NCBI GenBank assembly: GCA_044892505.1
Contig: CM097882.1
Coordinates: 203,174,001 to 203,238,000, forward strand
DNA: 64,000 nucleotides
Direction: 5' to 3'
Source: Schmidtea nova
Lineage: Eukaryota
Position numbers and translations under genes: made by a program. Positions 50,142-60,169 of the stretch are shown here, piece by piece. Under the pieces are notes generated by a model. It had not been told where the DNA came from and made no database searches. It was given only the letters and a program-made list of their open reading frames with translations. How positions within the stretch are numbered: the stretch's first letter is position 1; the number at the start of each line of letters is the position of its first letter.

Positions 50142-50525
50142 TTATACTTTTAACATTGAATTAAGCCATGCAAGACAATGTTGACCACAAGTAATTGTTA
50201 ATGGATGTTGATACCGAATTCGATTATATACAATCGGTTTACCCAATGTTTGAAGTTTACTAACTAATAAACCGGGGTAATAACATCCGAATGGATCGAA
50301 TGCATACACCTTGCTTGGTTTCACGTATACAGCAATCCAATGTTCTCCGCCTAGAGTAGATGATTGAGTATTGACGACTATGGCTTGGTTGACATCTAAA
50401 TAAGGGATTTTGTCTAGTGGATATACTCCAATAAATTCATTTCCCAATAAATGTTTTCCAATTCGATTAACCTGAATAGAACTATATAAATAGATTTATT
50501 TAATAAATAATAAAACTTACTCCAT
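50142..50525 (-). CDS. Adenain-like cysteine protease; exon 1 50525-50521, 39-nt intron, exon 2 50481-50142, 114 aa
   Basis: GEHWIA, FDPFG, Q..TITCGQHC catalytic motifs; splicing supplies ATG and gives MDSIQVNRIGKHLLGNEF. Confidence 0.85.
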
Positions 50526-50568
50526 GACAAATTGTTAAATCTTTGACTTGTACATTTATATTGATAGT

Positions 50569-51616
50569 TTAAACCAAAACTGTTCGATTAGCAGTAATTT
50601 GAATTTCATTTTCAAATACCCCATATATTATTACATGTACTGGTTCTTCAATAGCTTTAGCAAACTTTATATCTAATCTTAAATTTCCATTTTGAGGTAA
50701 TTGACTTTGATTTAAATCGAAATCCGGAGCCAAAACAAATGTAAAGAAAGGGTATTTATTTTTAAAATCGGCTAATGTTATACCACAATTCAAATTCTTA
50801 TCTAAATATCCCATATTTCTGACCATCGATTGCATATATGTAGTACAATAATTATCATTTTCGAAATCTTGAGTATATGTTTCTCGATAATCAGTGTTTT
50901 TCGATAAAGATAGAGAAGTTACATTGAAATGTTTGAATTTCGAACTTGATGCAGTATATGATCCATTGTATTGAGTTTCACTTTGAAATGAGACCAGAAT
51001 AAAATTTGGCATTCTTCGATCTCCGAATATTTGTTCCTTATAGAAAGATGATGCACCTTTACCAATAGCAAATTGTACTATTTCTTTGGTTTTCATTGGA
51101 TAAATAGCGTGTTTTGAGTTAAGTCCAACTTGATGTCCAGCTAATACAGATGGTTCAACACGAACGCGACGAATCATTAACTTTGCATCAACTAATTGAC
51201 ATTTTGGTGCACCGTTTTTTGAATAAAGTGATAGTGAAGAATCAGAACGCTTCAGTCTGATGTGAACATTGACACCTGGTAATAAATATTTCGGTTGATC
51301 CATGAAATCCAGTTGTAGAGATGAACACATTGTAAATAGCTTTGAACCTTTGATCCACGCTTTTCTCTCGTCAGAATCTCCATATCCCATTGGAGTAAGA
51401 CAAGTTTCTTTAGTATCACCATTATAATTTAAAATAGTTTCGATTATTGCCTTGTGTGCATATGTATTGTTTCCACCTTCAATTTTGATATTATTAAAAC
51501 CAAGAATCGCGTCCTTGAATAGAGTATGAAACATAAAATTGTTTGGTATAACATCATCAGTTGCAGACAAATCTTTTTTATCGGCATTTACAACTTTTAT
51601 TTGAACTGTTAGTAAA
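50569..51616 (-). pseudogene. Major capsid protein of Polinton B, C-terminal part
   Basis: Continuous with the N-terminal part at 59449-59774 once the insertion and 153-bp duplication are removed. Confidence 0.9.
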
Positions 51617-51658
51617 CTGTTAGTAAAGCCGATACCCAAAATTCTCTCAAATGATATT

Positions 51659-51985
51659 TCACAAACCATGAAATTGATCCTGCGTAAACCATTGAACAAT
51701 ATCAAAAGTACTAGATGAACCACATGGAAAATGACTCAAGGGATCCATAAATTGGCCCATTACTTTTAAACATTTCATTCTAACGTGAGAATATGTTGAG
51801 TTTAAATTTCGAACAATTTGCATTATTTGGAAATTGTTGATATCATTACATTTAGAAATTGAATTAATTTCTTTCAAAATTTCATATTTTTCAGGTGATA
51901 AAACATCGGTCATTGTGGTTGGACTTGCAAAATGATTGGTAAAAATGATATATTTTAATTTTTTACATTTGCATTTATTTTGCAT
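51659..51985 (-). pseudogene. Captured host gene 5' fragment in the LTR, tentatively tepsin (ENTH)-like
   Basis: EILKEINSISK..NLNSTYSHVRMKCLKVM resembles tepsin EEIAKISH..RLHSSSGHGKLKVLKIL from memory; duplicate at 58540-58866. Confidence 0.3.
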
Positions 51986-52163
51986 TGAATAACATTGATT
52001 TTTTTATTTTGACTGAGGGTTTGGTATTGTTCGAGGTTTGTTTTAATATTTCTCGTGGAATTTATATTTTGCTGCTAAAGTTTAAAAATTGTAAGAAACT
52101 TGTGAATATAGTTTAAAATAAATATTTTTTAAAAAGTGGACTACTAGTTTTTGATAATTTAAA

Positions 52164-52567
52164 ATGCGTTATTCTATTGTTAAAATTTTAATTGTCCTAC
52201 AAATTTTAACACTTCATATTTTGCAAATGTGTCACAGTAATATTGTTGGATGTGGTGGTTTCGTTAAAACAGATATCATTGGATTTGCTTATCATAAATT
52301 ATCAGCACAATTAATGTTTTCGGACGGAACTCTAAATTATGTGACTGATGTCCCTCCAAATGGAGCGCATTCTATTCCTATATATGATTTCGGTTTCTAT
52401 GTTACCAAAATTATGAGTCCTGACGGTTGGAATATTGAACCAACTGATGGCTACGTTATAAACATTAATAGCCAAGATTCTCGTCCAGATGACTATAATT
52501 TTCATTTCGCTGGTTTTACCGTACTTGGTAAAGTATCAACAGCTAATATTGAAACAGGTCCACTAAA
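52164..52567 (+). other. NOMO: Captured N-terminus of nodal modulator (NOMO) inside the LTR
   Basis: Signal peptide then IVGCGGFVK..GTLNYVTD..PN..IPIYDFG..GWNIEP..NFHFAGFTVLGKV..GP, matching the NOMO N-terminus; duplicate from 59045. Confidence 0.85.
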
Positions 52568-54929
52568 AATGGTGTCAGAGGAAAACCAATCTCCAATTCA
52601 AGATGGAAATCAAACATTTCGTCCCCAAGTCTCACAACATCCAGCAACAATGAATAATTCATTTCAATTAAACTCATCTAATTCTAATAATGCAAGTACG
52701 CTTAGTCAAATTGAAGTCGTTAAGCGAATTGCAGCTGCAATGCAACCACCACCACCTCCGATGCATTTAAGCAATCGACAAAATCAACCGTCAATTCCAA
52801 CCCCATTTCAAGTAAATCAAAACTCTCAAATTCCATTAGACTGTGCGCAATTGATAAGGATTCCAACCAGTTCACAAGACTCAGCTACTAACATTCGACA
52901 GGCTTCACATTTATTACAACAGAATTTAATCTTACAAAGTGATAAATTTAAGCAAGCTAACAATCATATATCAGATTCTAGCAACTCTACAGCCCCTAAT
53001 CAGTCTTTAATCGTCAACAATTCAACGAATAGTAGTCTGTCAGCAATAACAATAAGTTCACCTCCAGTCGCTCCACAGAATCAAAATTCTACAGTTCTTT
53101 CAATGATTAACGTCGACGTTCGAATATTAGAAGCGATAAATCGATCGATTTCTCAGCAGAATCCAAAACCAGTAAATTCAATGCCAGTAAATCCCAATTT
53201 TTCTCTTATTCAAACGGATCCCAAAGTCGCTCAACAATTGATTAATGACTTTCAAAAGCAGTTTCTTTGCATACCGCTAGGTGCTAAGCCACAGGGATAC
53301 AATTCAATTGGTCAAACATCGGAAGCAACACAAATCAACATGAAAAATTGCAATAACATCAAATCTATCGTAAATTTTTCACCAGCTCCATCGAATATGA
53401 ACTTAAACACCAACAACGATATCAATAATTCGCTATTAAAAGCTCCATCAAATTCAAAAGTCACAGGAACTCCAATATTAACAGATTTTCTTCTCTTTTC
53501 GGAACAGAAGATCAGCCCCCATTATCGCTGTGGAGTTACGTTAGCATATTTTATTATTATATTAAATTTCTATTATTATATATTATTATTATTTATATCA
53601 TTATTATTAAAATCATTATTATTAAAATTAACGGAGCCGCCCAATCTTCCGAATTTTAGTCTACGTCGCATATCCTATAGGTTTTTGTCAATATTCGTAA
53701 GGGTTTCCTCCGCCACATTTCACTTTAAACTAGCCCAGGACACGACTATATCAAAACTATCTACATTAATTTGCAAGCGCTTGTCGTACGAGGGACCGAC
53801 ATACATATCTTATAATGGCGCAATATTAAGGAATCAGGACTCACTTTTAAGTTCTGACATATGTTCGGATTCTTTGTTGTTCTGTCATGTACCATTGTAT
53901 GGCGGCGCACCATCAAGTATAGATGATGACAACGAATACGACGATAAAAAGCCCAAACCTTTGCCTAAAAAGCAAAGAAATGTTCGAGGCGCTGCTTCTT
54001 CCGACAGTAACTCTAGACAAAATATTAATTGTCCGTTCTTTTTAGATGAGAACCAATCACCATCAACTTGGTTACTCACACTCGAAGCCCTTTTAGAAAG
54101 TTGCGGCGTTACTTCTTCAAGAGATAAATTCTATAGAATATTATCTCTCATTCCACAGGAACATTTAGGCCGCCTTTCTGCCGTTATTCGCCGCACAACG
54201 CAAAAAACCTTTCTAACTCCTTTTGAGGAACTCAGCACAGGACTGCTGGATTTATTTAAAGTCCCCAAACAGGAAATATTCTCAAAATATTTCAAGGCCC
54301 AATCTTTAGGAAGTTGTAAGCCGACAGAATTTTTGCAGAAGGCTTTTACAGACCTCGAACAAATGCAAAATGGGACAGCACCCGACCAAAACATGCTACG
54401 CCAGTTCTTTTTAAGTGTACTTCCGACACACACACAACAGATACTTGCTTTATCGTCTCCGGTAGATATACACGAATTAGCAAAAATGGCGGACAAAATT
54501 CATGAAATTGTTCCGTTAGGTGGTACACCAGGCTCATCTGTCAATAGCCTTCCTATCGCAAGCCCGCCGATCCCATCATCAACAGAAAATGCTCTTCTTT
54601 GCGCCATTCGCGACCTTACTGATCGTATTTCGCATTTGGAACGTTACAAATCTCCGTCTCGAAATCCACCACCTTCCAATGCGTTTGACCGACGACGTTC
54701 CAAATCCCCGGCTTATTCAAACATTTGCTTTTATCATACCAAATATGGGACGAAAGCAAATTGTTGCAACATAGGATGTGGCTGGCGAAACAAAGCAGCT
54801 ACCCTCAAAATCATTGATAAGTGCATCTATCACGCACGATTTGGGGATAAAGCAAACAAATGCATTGTAGGTTGCAAATCCTACAATTCCCCACCATCTT
54901 CTCCAAACAACATTCAAAAAAACTTGTAA
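52164..54929 (+). CDS. gag: NOMO-linker-TM-ubiquitin-like-Gag fusion ORF, 921 aa
   Basis: Single open frame from the LTR through the PBS into Gag (WLLTLEALL, KPTEFL, LAKMADKI, two Cys/His boxes). Confidence 0.85.
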   Translation: MRYSIVKILIVLQILTLHILQMCHSNIVGCGGFVKTDIIGFAYHKLSAQLMFSDGTLNYVTDVPPNGAHSIPIYDFGFYVTKIMSPDGWNIEPTDGYVININSQDSRPDDYNFHFAGFTVLGKVSTANIETGPLKMVSEENQSPIQDGNQTFRPQVSQHPATMNNSFQLNSSNSNNASTLSQIEVVKRIAAAMQPPPPPMHLSNRQNQPSIPTPFQVNQNSQIPLDCAQLIRIPTSSQDSATNIRQASHLLQQNLILQSDKFKQANNHISDSSNSTAPNQSLIVNNSTNSSLSAITISSPPVAPQNQNSTVLSMINVDVRILEAINRSISQQNPKPVNSMPVNPNFSLIQTDPKVAQQLINDFQKQFLCIPLGAKPQGYNSIGQTSEATQINMKNCNNIKSIVNFSPAPSNMNLNTNNDINNSLLKAPSNSKVTGTPILTDFLLFSEQKISPHYRCGVTLAYFIIILNFYYYILLLFISLLLKSLLLKLTEPPNLPNFSLRRISYRFLSIFVRVSSATFHFKLAQDTTISKLSTLICKRLSYEGPTYISYNGAILRNQDSLLSSDICSDSLLFCHVPLYGGAPSSIDDDNEYDDKKPKPLPKKQRNVRGAASSDSNSRQNINCPFFLDENQSPSTWLLTLEALLESCGVTSSRDKFYRILSLIPQEHLGRLSAVIRRTTQKTFLTPFEELSTGLLDLFKVPKQEIFSKYFKAQSLGSCKPTEFLQKAFTDLEQMQNGTAPDQNMLRQFFLSVLPTHTQQILALSSPVDIHELAKMADKIHEIVPLGGTPGSSVNSLPIASPPIPSSTENALLCAIRDLTDRISHLERYKSPSRNPPPSNAFDRRRSKSPAYSNICFYHTKYGTKANCCNIGCGWRNKAATLKIIDKCIYHARFGDKANKCIVGCKSYNSPPSSPNNIQKNL
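52570..52579 (+). promoter_or_regulatory. Primer binding site TGGTGTCAGA (tRNA-Leu-like, partial)
   Basis: 2 nt after the 5' LTR end; matches the known TGGTGTCAGA-type PBS over 10 nt. Confidence 0.7.
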
Positions 54930-57900
54930 TGCCATCACTCGTTGCGGCTGAAGTTGATGGCAAATTACCTCCTGCACTCGATTTATTTCTAGTGAGAGCT
55001 GAATCCCCTTCTTTCAGCGTTTCTCCGAACTTTTGCAGTACTCTCGATTTTCTTGTTGACACAGGATCCAGCCTCTCCATTCTTCCTTTACAATATGAAT
55101 CTCTTTGCGATGATTCCGTTTATACCTTGAAAGCCGCCAACGGAACCATGGTAAATACACACGGTTCTTTTTCAGCAAATTTCGTTCTTCCTTCTTTAAA
55201 TCAATCTTTTATATGGAAGTTCTGTGTCGCTGACGTTATCCATCCCATTCTTGGCTCAGACTTTTTGAGTTCACACAATTTGTTGGTCGATTGTCGTTCA
55301 CGCCTTTTGAGAACACATTCGCACACAAATTCGTCTTTAGTCATTGACACAAAAAAACTCAACATTTTCAACTCATCTGACGTTTCTGTATCCACTGCCA
55401 TTCAACCCATTCATCCAAAAATTGCTACAGACATTTTAAATAAATACACATTTTCACAAACAATGCCTTTACGAAAACAAGTCTCTGTAACATCTTACTG
55501 CCATACTATCAACACCACAAACTCTCTTCCGGTACGTTGTAAAGTACGCCCTCTTTCGAACGAAAAACTAGATTTCGTTCGCTCCGAATTCGCTACGTTG
55601 TTGAACGAAGGCATTATAAAAAGATCTAAATCTCCATGGTCTTCACCACTTCATCTCGTACCAAAGAAAGACGGAACTTTCAGACCTTGTGGAGATTATC
55701 GTCGTTTAAATATGATTACGGTTCACGACTCATATTCTATGCCTTTAGTAAACGACATTTTGTACAGACTTACCGAGGCCAAAATATTTTCAACTATAGA
55801 CTTAGTTAAGGCCTATCACCAAATCCCAGTTAAAGAATCTGACGTGGAAAAAACCGCAGTTTTAACACCTATCGGACTCTTTGAGTACGTTTTCATGCCG
55901 TTTGGCCTTAGAAATTCCGCTCAAACCTTTCAAAGACACATCGACCATATTTTAATGGATTTACCATTCGCAATTCCTTATATTGACGATATCCTTATTG
56001 GTTCTAAGGATGCGGAAACACACAAAAAACATTTAGATGCAGTTCTTTGCGCACTTTCTTCCAATAACCTACAAATTAATTTAGATAAGTGCTTATTTTT
56101 TAAAGAAGAAGTCCGTTTTTTAGGTCACATCATCTCGGGTCAAGGCGTCAGTCCACCATCCGACAGACTAGATACTATATCTAAGTTTCCTCTCCCACAA
56201 ACTGTTACTCAACTTCGGAGTTTTCTGGGAACAGTAAACTATTGCCACCGTTTTATTCCTAAAATTTCAGAAATTCTTTCACCTCTTTCTGGTTACTGTT
56301 CTAAACCAAAGAAATCCATAATTCCTTGGAACGATACTTCGTTGCTCGCTTTTGAGCATGCCAAAACAGCCCTTTCAAACATACAGACTCTGCATTATCC
56401 ACGAGGAGATTTGCCATTACGTTTAACCACAGACGCATCAAACATAGCAATCGGTGCCGTTTTACACCAGATAAACGGTTACATCCCAGATCCACTAGAA
56501 TTTTACTCAAAGAAACTAACCTCACCACAACAAAAATATTCAGCTTTCGACCGCGAACTTCTCGCTATTTACCAGTCGGTTAAACATTTTAAGCATTTAC
56601 TCGAGGGCCGTCTTTTTAGCATCCATACAGACCACAAGCCACTTGTTTACTTGTTCTCAATGAAAGACCCTTCTCCGAGACAACAACGCCAGATTAGCTA
56701 TATTAGCGAATTTTCTTGCCAAATATACCACATCGCCGGCAGTGATAACATTATAGCTGATTGCCTTTCACGAAATGTAAACGCAATTATCCACTGTCCT
56801 TTATTTTCTATCGACGAACTCCAAAATAATCCTCCAGATGCCATTGATATTTCGAAATTTGGCGACAAACACATAATCAAAGACAAAATTCACTACGACT
56901 CATCTCTTCCTGGCACTCTTCGCCCAATCTTGAATGACTCCATGAGAAAACTGGCTTTTCTCTCTGTCCACAACACGCACCACCCAGGTTCCTCAGCCAC
57001 TTTTAATCTATTACACACGTGTGTAGTTTGGCCAAACATGAGACATGATGTTAAACTCTGGGTTGCACAATGCATAGGATGCCAACGTTTTAAGATAACT
57101 AAGCACACTAAACCTCCAATAATTCATTATCCCACTGGCAACCGTTTCGAAAACTTACACATTGACATCGTCGGCCCAGTCCCAAGTGACTGCGGTTTCT
57201 CTTACTTATTAACCATGATCGACCGCAAGACTCGTTGGTTCGAAGTCATTCCTTTACGCACCATTTCTTCTAACACTATCGCAACTTCGCTAATTCAAAA
57301 TTGGATTTCACGATATGGAGTTCCCAAGTCGATCATCAGTGATCGCGGAACACAGTTTGAATCTAACTTATTTCAAGCTTTGACCGCTAAACTTGGGATA
57401 CAACATCTTCGTACGACCACATATCATCCACAAACAAACGGGTTAGTCGAACGTTTCCATCGTACTTTAAAAGCTTCTCTTGGCATTCTTTCTGAACAAC
57501 AAGGTTGGACAAAGGTTTTACCTTTCGTATTATTAGGTTGGCGAAATACACCTTCTAGGACTACAGGATCATCACCCGCTCAATTACTTTTCGGTACAAA
57601 CACATCGTTACCCGGTCAACTTGTCGACTTTGATAACTCTCCTACTTTGGAAGATCTCGCGATTGCTAGAGACCATTTTTTATCAATCGACACTAATCCT
57701 GAATTCTCTTCCTCGACCACCTATAAACCTTACATTCCAAAAACATTCGAAAATGCATCACACGTCTATATTAGAAATATAACTGATGCAAGTTTAAAGC
57801 CAAGATATTCCGGACCTTACAAGCTCGTCGAGATTAAAGAAAACAACGCGAAAGTGATCGTTAACGACGCTACACAAACATTTAACCTCTGCCGTCTTAA

Positions 57901-58270
57901 ACCAGCTTTAGTTTTGCTCGATGATGAACCTCCACCTGACAATTTCTCGACCCAAACAGATATAATCTCGAACTCTCACACAAACGATAATGACCTTATC
58001 AATTCCACTGAGGACGATCTTTCCAACAACTCACCTTCATACCCGATTGTTCAAACATCAGACGCAGAAAACAAAACGACGGAAAAATCTGAATACATAC
58101 CGTTTATCCCAGAACCGAATGACGTACTTCGTTTACCACCCATTTTGAGGAAAGCAAAGCAAACACAAAATAAGCCAAAGTCCGTCACTTACAACAAATG
58201 GGTTCGTGTCCGTTCTATTAATCAAAAACCGGATTCACCAACTAGACTAATAAGAATCTATTCAAATTAA
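54860..58270 (+). CDS. pol: Gypsy Pol (protease, RT, RNase H, integrase)
   Basis: LVDTGS, YIDDIL, TTDAS, HHPG..C..C, HIDIVGP, SDRGTQFE, VERFHR; no stops. Confidence 0.95.
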   Translation: MHCRLQILQFPTIFSKQHSKKLVMPSLVAAEVDGKLPPALDLFLVRAESPSFSVSPNFCSTLDFLVDTGSSLSILPLQYESLCDDSVYTLKAANGTMVNTHGSFSANFVLPSLNQSFIWKFCVADVIHPILGSDFLSSHNLLVDCRSRLLRTHSHTNSSLVIDTKKLNIFNSSDVSVSTAIQPIHPKIATDILNKYTFSQTMPLRKQVSVTSYCHTINTTNSLPVRCKVRPLSNEKLDFVRSEFATLLNEGIIKRSKSPWSSPLHLVPKKDGTFRPCGDYRRLNMITVHDSYSMPLVNDILYRLTEAKIFSTIDLVKAYHQIPVKESDVEKTAVLTPIGLFEYVFMPFGLRNSAQTFQRHIDHILMDLPFAIPYIDDILIGSKDAETHKKHLDAVLCALSSNNLQINLDKCLFFKEEVRFLGHIISGQGVSPPSDRLDTISKFPLPQTVTQLRSFLGTVNYCHRFIPKISEILSPLSGYCSKPKKSIIPWNDTSLLAFEHAKTALSNIQTLHYPRGDLPLRLTTDASNIAIGAVLHQINGYIPDPLEFYSKKLTSPQQKYSAFDRELLAIYQSVKHFKHLLEGRLFSIHTDHKPLVYLFSMKDPSPRQQRQISYISEFSCQIYHIAGSDNIIADCLSRNVNAIIHCPLFSIDELQNNPPDAIDISKFGDKHIIKDKIHYDSSLPGTLRPILNDSMRKLAFLSVHNTHHPGSSATFNLLHTCVVWPNMRHDVKLWVAQCIGCQRFKITKHTKPPIIHYPTGNRFENLHIDIVGPVPSDCGFSYLLTMIDRKTRWFEVIPLRTISSNTIATSLIQNWISRYGVPKSIISDRGTQFESNLFQALTAKLGIQHLRTTTYHPQTNGLVERFHRTLKASLGILSEQQGWTKVLPFVLLGWRNTPSRTTGSSPAQLLFGTNTSLPGQLVDFDNSPTLEDLAIARDHFLSIDTNPEFSSSTTYKPYIPKTFENASHVYIRNITDASLKPRYSGPYKLVEIKENNAKVIVNDATQTFNLCRLKPALVLLDDEPPPDNFSTQTDIISNSHTNDNDLINSTEDDLSNNSPSYPIVQTSDAENKTTEKSEYIPFIPEPNDVLRLPPILRKAKQTQNKPKSVTYNKWVRVRSINQKPDSPTRLIRIYSN
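54917..54962 (+). promoter_or_regulatory. -1 programmed ribosomal frameshift signal
   Basis: A AAA AAC heptamer 54917-54923, 6-nt spacer, stem TGCCATCA/TGATGGCA; pol is in the -1 frame. Confidence 0.8.
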
Positions 58271-58492
58271 TTGCACCACTGTCCACCAAGTTCTATTAGT
58301 TTTTTTTTTTTTTTTTCGGTTTCCTAAATTTCTTTCGCAATTCTTTCTCAGGTTATTCCATGTCATTCACGACTCTTTCCAAATACTTTCTGGACACTAC
58401 AAAATACCATATTATTATATAATAAACTACTATATTACGTATCTACATTATAGTATTTCAAAATGTACTCCGCATCTTCCGATGGGGGCTGA

Positions 58493-59448
58493 TGTAGTGG
58501 TCTAGAAAGCCGATACCCAAAATTCTCTCAAATGATATTTCACAAACCATGAAATTGATCCTGCGTAAACCATTGAACAATATCAAAAGTACTAGATGAA
58601 CCACATGGAAAATGACTCAAGGGATCCATAAATTGGCCCATTACTTTTAAACATTTCATTCTAACGTGAGAATATGTTGAGTTTAAATTTCGAACAATTT
58701 GCATTATTTGGAAATTGTTGATATCATTACATTTAGAAATTGAATTAATTTCTTTCAAAATTTCATATTTTTCAGGTGATAAAACATCGGTCATTGTGGT
58801 TGGACTTGCAAAATGATTGGTAAAAATGATATATTTTAATTTTTTACATTTGCATTTATTTTGCATTGAATAACATTGATTTTTTTATTTTGACTGAGGG
58901 TTTGGTATTGTTCGAGGTTTGTTTTAATATTTCTCGTGGAATTTATATTTTGCTGCTAAAGTTTAAAAATTGTAAGAAACTTGTGAATATAGTTTAAAAT
59001 AAATATTTTTTAAAAAGTGGACTACTAGTTTTTGATAATTTAAAATGCGTTATTCTATTGTTAAAATTTTAATTGTCCTACAAATTTTAACACTTCATAT
59101 TTTGCAAATGTGTCACAGTAATATTGTTGGATGTGGTGGTTTCGTTAAAACAGATATCATTGGATTTGCTTATCATAAATTATCAGCACAATTAATGTTT
59201 TCGGACGGAACTCTAAATTATGTGACTGATGTCCCTCCAAATGGAGCGCATTCTATTCCTATATATGATTTCGGTTTCTATGTTACCAAAATTATGAGTC
59301 CTGACGGTTGGAATATTGAACCAACTGATGGCTACGTTATAAACATTAATAGCCAAGATTCTCGTCCAGATGACTATAATTTTCATTTCGCTGGTTTTAC
59401 CGTACTTGGTAAAGTATCAACAGCTAATATTGAAACAGGTCCACTAAA
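58493..59448 (+). repeat. 3' LTR, 956 bp, termini TGTAGTGG...CCACTAAA
   Basis: Follows GATGGGGGCTGA; terminal inverted repeat with CA changed to AA. Confidence 0.92.
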
Positions 59449-59774
59449 GTATTGTTTCCACCTTCAATTTTGATATTATTAAAACCAAGAATCGCGTCCT
59501 TGAATAGAGTATGAAACATAAAATTGTTTGGTATAACATCATCAGTTGCAGACAAATCTTTTTTATCGGCATTTACAACTTTTATTTGAACTGTTAGTAA
59601 AGTATCATTCAAATCCAAATATTCAGATTGAGATCCGTTAATGTAAAATGCCACATCATTTCTACTGTCTGTAATAGAATTCATGGGAAATACTTCTTCA
59701 AATGCACCATATTCAATGACTGCTTGAGGAGATGGTCGGTCGAAAAGACATAATTCAGATTTACCACAAATCAT
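59449..59774 (-). pseudogene. Major capsid protein of Polinton B, N-terminal part
   Basis: MICGKSELCLFDRPSPQ as in A; runs into the 3' LTR after GGNNT. Confidence 0.9.
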
Positions 59775-60169
59775 TTTGCAAATATAGTTCCATGTCCTTT
59801 CATTCGATTGTTTATATACCTTCGATGCTTTTTACGTCTAGGTCCCACTTGTTCAGGTTCAGGTTCAGGTTCAGGTTCATCATTATTAAACATACTTGCA
59901 ACATTAGGAATCATACTACTCACGGTAGGCAAGACTTTACCAATTGCAGACAAAGCATTTGTTTTCAATGATGGTAATATTTTCTGATCATTCATGATGA
60001 CATCTTTGGCAGTTTTTAAACCAAAACTACCGATTCTCTTTAGAATTGGGAGTGCAAATCGCCCTATAGTTTTTAACCAACCTGATCCATACTGTTTACC
60101 GGCAAAATAAGGTAATTCACCACCAGTTTGGCTATTACTATACAATAAAATTATATCTGGATTAATCAT
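59771..60169 (-). CDS. Small virion protein, homolog of 1185-1568
   Basis: QTGGELPYF, QYGSGWLKTIGRFALPIL, MKGHG conserved. Confidence 0.75.
   Translation of the reverse strand: MINPDIILLYSNSQTGGELPYFAGKQYGSGWLKTIGRFALPILKRIGSFGLKTAKDVIMNDQKILPSLKTNALSAIGKVLPTVSSMIPNVASMFNNDEPEPEPEPEQVGPRRKKHRRYINNRMKGHGTIFAK

Larger units (their letters stand above)
51625..52567 (+). repeat. 5' LTR (lacks the first 13 nt of the 3' LTR)
   Basis: Matches 58506-59448 with constant offset 6881. Confidence 0.93.
51625..59448 (+). mobile_element. Full-length Gypsy LTR retrotransposon (CsRn1/Kabuki-like), apparently intact and recent
   Basis: Apparently identical LTRs, PBS, gag, -1 frameshift, uninterrupted PR-RT-RH-IN pol, purine tract; Gag has CFYH..YG..A..C motifs. 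Confidence 0.93.

Noticed and set aside
59045-59473. A functional host NOMO gene
   Set aside because: Only the first 134 codons of a much longer protein, inside an LTR, running into antisense MCP sequence
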